Shown here: piece after piece, positions 61,001-64,000 of the stretch | Layout of the letters: every line of letters begins with the position of its first letter | Position numbering within the stretch: position 1 is the first letter of the stretch | Origin: Nitrospirota bacterium | Lineage (GTDB): Bacteria; Nitrospirota; UBA9217 | Direction of reading: 5' to 3' | Assembly: GCA_963751455.1 (NCBI GenBank) | Contig: CAVVUN010000015.1 | Span: 1,184,001 to 1,248,000 of the forward strand | DNA length: 64,000 nt | Program-made: the position numbers and the translations under genes | Notes under the pieces: generated by a model | What the model saw: the letters and a program-made list of their open reading frames with translations, nothing else | What the model was told of the DNA's origin: nothing | Database searches by the model: none

Positions 61001-61476
61001 GCATCGGGACGACAAGTCCGGGAGCCCAATACAAAATAGAAGTTAGCGGAGGAGATATAACTAACTATCCGAGCTACACCCATCCAAATTGCGCATTATC
61101 TTGGACCTGTATAAGCACTCATGTTTTTACTTCTCATCATTACTATGGCATCAATGAAACAGCGCCGATCTATCTCGGAGAATCGAATCCTATTATTATC
61201 CGCGGCAACGTCGGCATCGGGACGAATGTGCCGGGAACAAACAAGCTTCAGATTGGGTCTGGATCAGATGTCTTAGGCAATAATGCACTGTCGGTTGTTG
61301 GCGGTGATGTAACAATTGACGGGGCTGGAACTGCAAGAGATCCTTCAATGTATTTTAGATACACAAGTTCAACAGCAAATATTAAGAGCGATGGCCATCT
61401 TTCATTTTTGACGGGTGCGAGCCCATCGGAAAAGATGAGGGTTTCAACAAGCGGCGACGTCGGCATCGGGACGACG
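56554..61476 (+). repeat. 14 dispersed in-frame copies of the ~21-24 nt repeat GGCAACGTCGGCATCGGGACG
   Basis: Starts at 56554, 56752, 56941, 57127, 57439, 57655, 58565, 58877, 59147, 59360, 60643, 60991, 61204, 61453. Confidence 0.9.
58154..60157 (+). CDS. Secreted tail-fibre-like protein 2 (4 GNVGIG units, C-terminal peptidase G2-like chaperone)
   Basis: Same signal peptide, FTGGH, NALGEG.V.V....G.I..GDYITTS..PGYG.KQ.DD.LH.YT.GKA. Confidence 0.8.
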   Translation: MKRAAVCVSIVIVFIALNLYAGDLTVTGKLGVGADPQQERLFVNGNIGSNNPGNRIYLRSNANDASRNTNFNPKLFYEGIISGNGDGSGGTLEWGLHLNALPWSWGQDKIYYHGADHIFYTTEGAGSESEKVRIMQNGNLGIGTTSPVTRFEVAPPYPSAGNVAAGVFRLNGNQSWGHAVTLATDNPTGDDARLLLSYRNKAKQWALGGFYNSTRFGIWEDAGDGVYGSGWGTERFTISAGGNVGIGKADPGAKLDVVGDIWSNSNRPIKVSGIQGKITIQGDTGGWANYLHFLGSSGTDRGGFGALGGADALAYLYAGDSYSNPTTVWRSGNVGIGTTEPASKLHIISEEIGTGANKGFRISNYNNSQSYSLRTGITNVTNNSLSVYDENAGANRLVVDTSGNVGIGTTTPNSKLSVGGDGYSAAAIYGYGSYGISGWGTNTGVEGGSTVPGGKGVVGLGDLDGVEGYSTRTTAGGRGVFGFAYNGYDFYAGGPGINYGPFTGGHEVKLSDDTPKNLKAGMIFSVTGELEARSDDKGNISISSTLPTVALSNIANDKAVFGVLVMEADVPEKHWHKKKEGERFAAVNALGEGRVLVTNINGDIDVGDYITTSPVPGYGQKQNDDLLHSYTLGKAIEKVDWSKVTETAVFNGKKYKVYLIGVVYTSG

Positions 61477-62136
61477 AGTCCCAATACTTATCTCCAGGTT
61501 GGTGACGCCGACGGAAAACCGGTTACAGCATTAACTGGCTACATATATTATCCGAACATTTATAACAAAAACACTAAAATATATGAGAATGGCAGCGGCA
61601 ACAATTTTCCTGCTGCCGTTATGGGAGAATCTTCTACAGGCAGAGGAATTGTGGGCGTAACACAAAGCGGCGCTGGTGTTTATGGCACTGCCGTAAACGG
61701 TACGGGTAAGGGCGTTTATGGCATGGGTGGGACCTACAGCGTGGTTGGCTATAACGAAAACGTTAACGGTTACGCTATTTATTGTGACAGTGTCACCAAT
61801 GTCAACGGCTGCGGCGGCAACAGGTACTGGTATTATTCTTCAGATGAGAGAAAAAAAGAAAATATCACGACCGTAAACGAGGCTTTGCTCAAGATTATGC
61901 AGCTGCGAGGAGTAGGCTTTAACTGGAAAAACGATCCTGATAAGAAACATCAGATCGGCCTGATCGCCCAGGAGGTCATGACCATCGTGCCGGAAGCTGT
62001 CGGTCAGGATCCCGAGGGAAATTACACCATGGCGGACGGTCCCCTCGTGGCGCTTTTAACCTCAGCAATAAAAGAACAACAGAAGCAAATTGAGGAATTG
62101 AAGAAGCGGATAACGGATATTGAAAGGACAAAATAA
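60259..62136 (+). CDS. Secreted tail-fibre-like protein 3 (4 GNVGIG units, C-terminal peptidase S74 chaperone)
   Basis: Same signal peptide, SDERKKENI, GLIAQEV...PEAV, AIKEQQ.QIE.LK. Confidence 0.85.
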   Translation: MKRGLCISIVIVLIALNLYAGDLNVTGKLGVGRDPDPNTKINLNYGEIGIGQQNDFTPYLRIGMDSSWDQYIANNAYWTGSGYNYVSTGGYGGLASRIHQVSGTIQFDTASGGANPISWANRLYIANNGNVGIGTTPDSPLTINSGSYLVRIGTTATSWAGNSTYPTIFSSTSDQWVMFTNPHISYTQNGINGFSGSMTGATLRMAGDPTAASYWDAGPGTSGAGADKFSIGRNSSSYFIVDNSGNVGIGTTSPGAQYKIEVSGGDITNYPSYTHPNCALSWTCISTHVFTSHHYYGINETAPIYLGESNPIIIRGNVGIGTNVPGTNKLQIGSGSDVLGNNALSVVGGDVTIDGAGTARDPSMYFRYTSSTANIKSDGHLSFLTGASPSEKMRVSTSGDVGIGTTSPNTYLQVGDADGKPVTALTGYIYYPNIYNKNTKIYENGSGNNFPAAVMGESSTGRGIVGVTQSGAGVYGTAVNGTGKGVYGMGGTYSVVGYNENVNGYAIYCDSVTNVNGCGGNRYWYYSSDERKKENITTVNEALLKIMQLRGVGFNWKNDPDKKHQIGLIAQEVMTIVPEAVGQDPEGNYTMADGPLVALLTSAIKEQQKQIEELKKRITDIERTK

Positions 62137-62574
62137 AAGGTCACGGTTTTTTAAAAGAACCATCATCTGGGCAAAGGTAAGGGCCTCAACCTATTAAAAA
62201 CGCACGATTGTTGAGAAGTCTATCTTGGTGAGAAATGCGACGTTCTTCATTTTCTGAGCCATATAACAGGATTTCTCGCTTCACTCGAAATGACAGCGTG
62301 AGGTTTTTAATGACCGAGAAGGACCAAAAATGAAAAAGATGTGATTATGCCCTTTTTTTTCACTTCTTGGTGTCTTCGAGTCTTCGTGGTAAATTTGGGT
62401 TCTTTTAGGTAAATTTCTGTTCCGGTTTACACCAGTAATGTAACCGGTATAAAGTTGAGATCGACCTGACTCCGAGGTCGAGGTAACGGCCCTTTTCCGG
62501 TTGAAAATTCAACCGGGATTCTGATATAGTAGTTCGACGGATGGTGCTCTGCATCCGGCAAATGGGAGACCGAC

Positions 62575-62877
62575 ATGGAAATAAATGAAAATAAACTGAA
62601 GGAAATATTGAATGAACAGCGCCGGGAATTCCAGCATTTTATGGGCATTATGAAAGAAGACGGTGACTCGAAGATGCAATTGCTCGGCGAACAGTTTCAG
62701 GAAATCAAGTCGACACTCGACCATCACTCAAAAATTCTGGAATCGCACACGGATACCCTATCGTCCCATACACAAATGATAGGCGCTCTCATGGAAGATG
62801 TCCATATCATCAAATCCGACATCCACTTCATGAAGGCAGACCTTAAGAAAAAGGTCGACTACGATGAATTCGAATAG
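62575..62877 (+). CDS. Short coiled-coil hypothetical protein
   Basis: GGAG RBS, heptads with a repeated L.SH motif. Confidence 0.65.
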   Translation: MEINENKLKEILNEQRREFQHFMGIMKEDGDSKMQLLGEQFQEIKSTLDHHSKILESHTDTLSSHTQMIGALMEDVHIIKSDIHFMKADLKKKVDYDEFE

Positions 62878-63124
62878 CGTGGGTCTGGCCGCGTTTATCG
62901 ATGCGACATCAGTAATCGGTTTTTCGTTCTTGCACTTCCTTTTTATGGCCTTCCAGTCGTCACACCTCGGCTCATCCGCCTTGATGATATCGCCAGCAGT
63001 TACGTCAAGAACGATAATTTAGAGTTTGTCTATATCGTGGTAGAAAAATGATCTTTGCTCCTGAAACTGGTCAGCCGTCGTAAGCTGATCTACATCACAA
63101 AGTCTTTTATCGAAGGAGGCATTT

Positions 63125-63829
63125 ATGCGCATAGGCAAAATTGTAACCGTTTTGTTAACCATCGCAACTCTGACCGCATGCAATGATAATAAGAGGACGG
63201 CCGGAACAGGAAATGCGGTAAAGATCTCCGCATCCCAAATAATTTTCAAAAGCAGCGGGGTTGCGCTTGCAAGCACTACTGGCGTGGAAGTTGACCCGAA
63301 TATAAAGGTGCTTGCACAGAACGTCTCGATCGACACCGGATCAAACGCACTCAAGTCAGACAATCTTCAGGACGCGCTCGACAAAGAACTGGCTGTGGAT
63401 CTCGGGAAGACTCTGCTCGGCAAGACATGGAAAGTTACCAATAAAACAGCCGATCCGACCTATACTGGTACCACCGGCCAGATAAAGTTTAATGAGGACG
63501 GTACTATTAATCTCATGAGCGGTTACTTCGCTGCAATAGGCAAAGTCCATAGCAGCGAAATCAGTTTCTGCCATATACCGATCATAATCAACTATGAAAT
63601 TATAAGTGATGGCGTCATGTATGTAAGCGCCCAGGTCAAGCAGAGGGATGTAAACTCCTTACCAATCTTGCCTGGATATAAAAGCAGAGCGGCGGATAGC
63701 ACATATACAACCGATGAAGACAGCGTTGTGAAAGTAGTATCCCGAACCACTGACAAGATCGTTGTAACAGGCAGCGGCGGCTGCGGTTCGGTGGGGAGTG
63801 AGCGGATATCCATTCTAACGCCCCAATAA
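63125..63829 (+). CDS. Hypothetical lipoprotein
   Basis: AGGAGG RBS, lipobox LTAC. Confidence 0.78.
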   Translation: MRIGKIVTVLLTIATLTACNDNKRTAGTGNAVKISASQIIFKSSGVALASTTGVEVDPNIKVLAQNVSIDTGSNALKSDNLQDALDKELAVDLGKTLLGKTWKVTNKTADPTYTGTTGQIKFNEDGTINLMSGYFAAIGKVHSSEISFCHIPIIINYEIISDGVMYVSAQVKQRDVNSLPILPGYKSRAADSTYTTDEDSVVKVVSRTTDKIVVTGSGGCGSVGSERISILTPQ

Positions 63830-64000
63830 AAGAGGGTAATTTTTATTTAAATATTTTATGCCTAGTACTCCGTAAACTTAGTTGTTAATGGTTCAACGCC
63901 GTCATTCCGGCACGTTTTAAGCCGGAATCCAGGGAAATTTCGATTCAAACCTCTGGACCCCGGCTAAAGTCATGCCGGGGTGACGGAAAAAGAGGCGCAA

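Noticed and set aside
56554-61476. CRISPR array interpretation of the 21-nt repeats
   Set aside because: The spacers are 186-348 bp, in frame and coding, the repeats are degenerate, and no cas genes are present
56182-62136. Prophage tail module or diversity-generating retroelement
   Set aside because: Signal peptides are present, there are no capsid, terminase or integrase genes, no reverse transcriptase, and no TR/VR pair differing at adenines was seen

Overview
Bacterial chromosomal window. Gene content and style suggest a Nitrospirota/Desulfobacterota-like anaerobe, which is an inference. Core genes: a hybrid histidine kinase (truncated at the edge), darP/yjgA, yaeQ, ald, a LysM protein, an NtrY-like kinase, ogg, a methyltransferase plus B12 radical-SAM operon, a split nonaheme CbcL-like cytochrome c/b pair, a complete 9-gene A/V-type ATPase operon, OsmC, cardiolipin synthase and rubrerythrin. 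There are two accessory regions. The first (12.6-19.5 kb) has triplicated coiled-coil cassettes, decayed TA modules, IS1380 and group II intron remnants, and repeat-rich lipoproteins. The second (46-62 kb) is a secreted locus: a papain/transglutaminase-like/RHS toxin with a probable immunity gene, a YD-capped adhesin and three signal-peptide-bearing tail-fibre-like genes. The strongest unexplained signal is in those fibre genes. They are built from variable 186-348 bp modules joined by 14 copies of a ~21-nt repeat (GGCAACGTCGGCATCGGGACG) that is conserved even at synonymous positions, suggesting DNA-level module shuffling. Other highlights are a candidate ~300-nt structured RNA with its own promoter, terminator and basic micro-ORF upstream of darP, a candidate riboswitch-like leader before rubrerythrin, and several MITE/REP families with target-site duplications and nested inserts. 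Three single-base frameshifts may be assembly errors. All family assignments are from motif recognition, not database searches.
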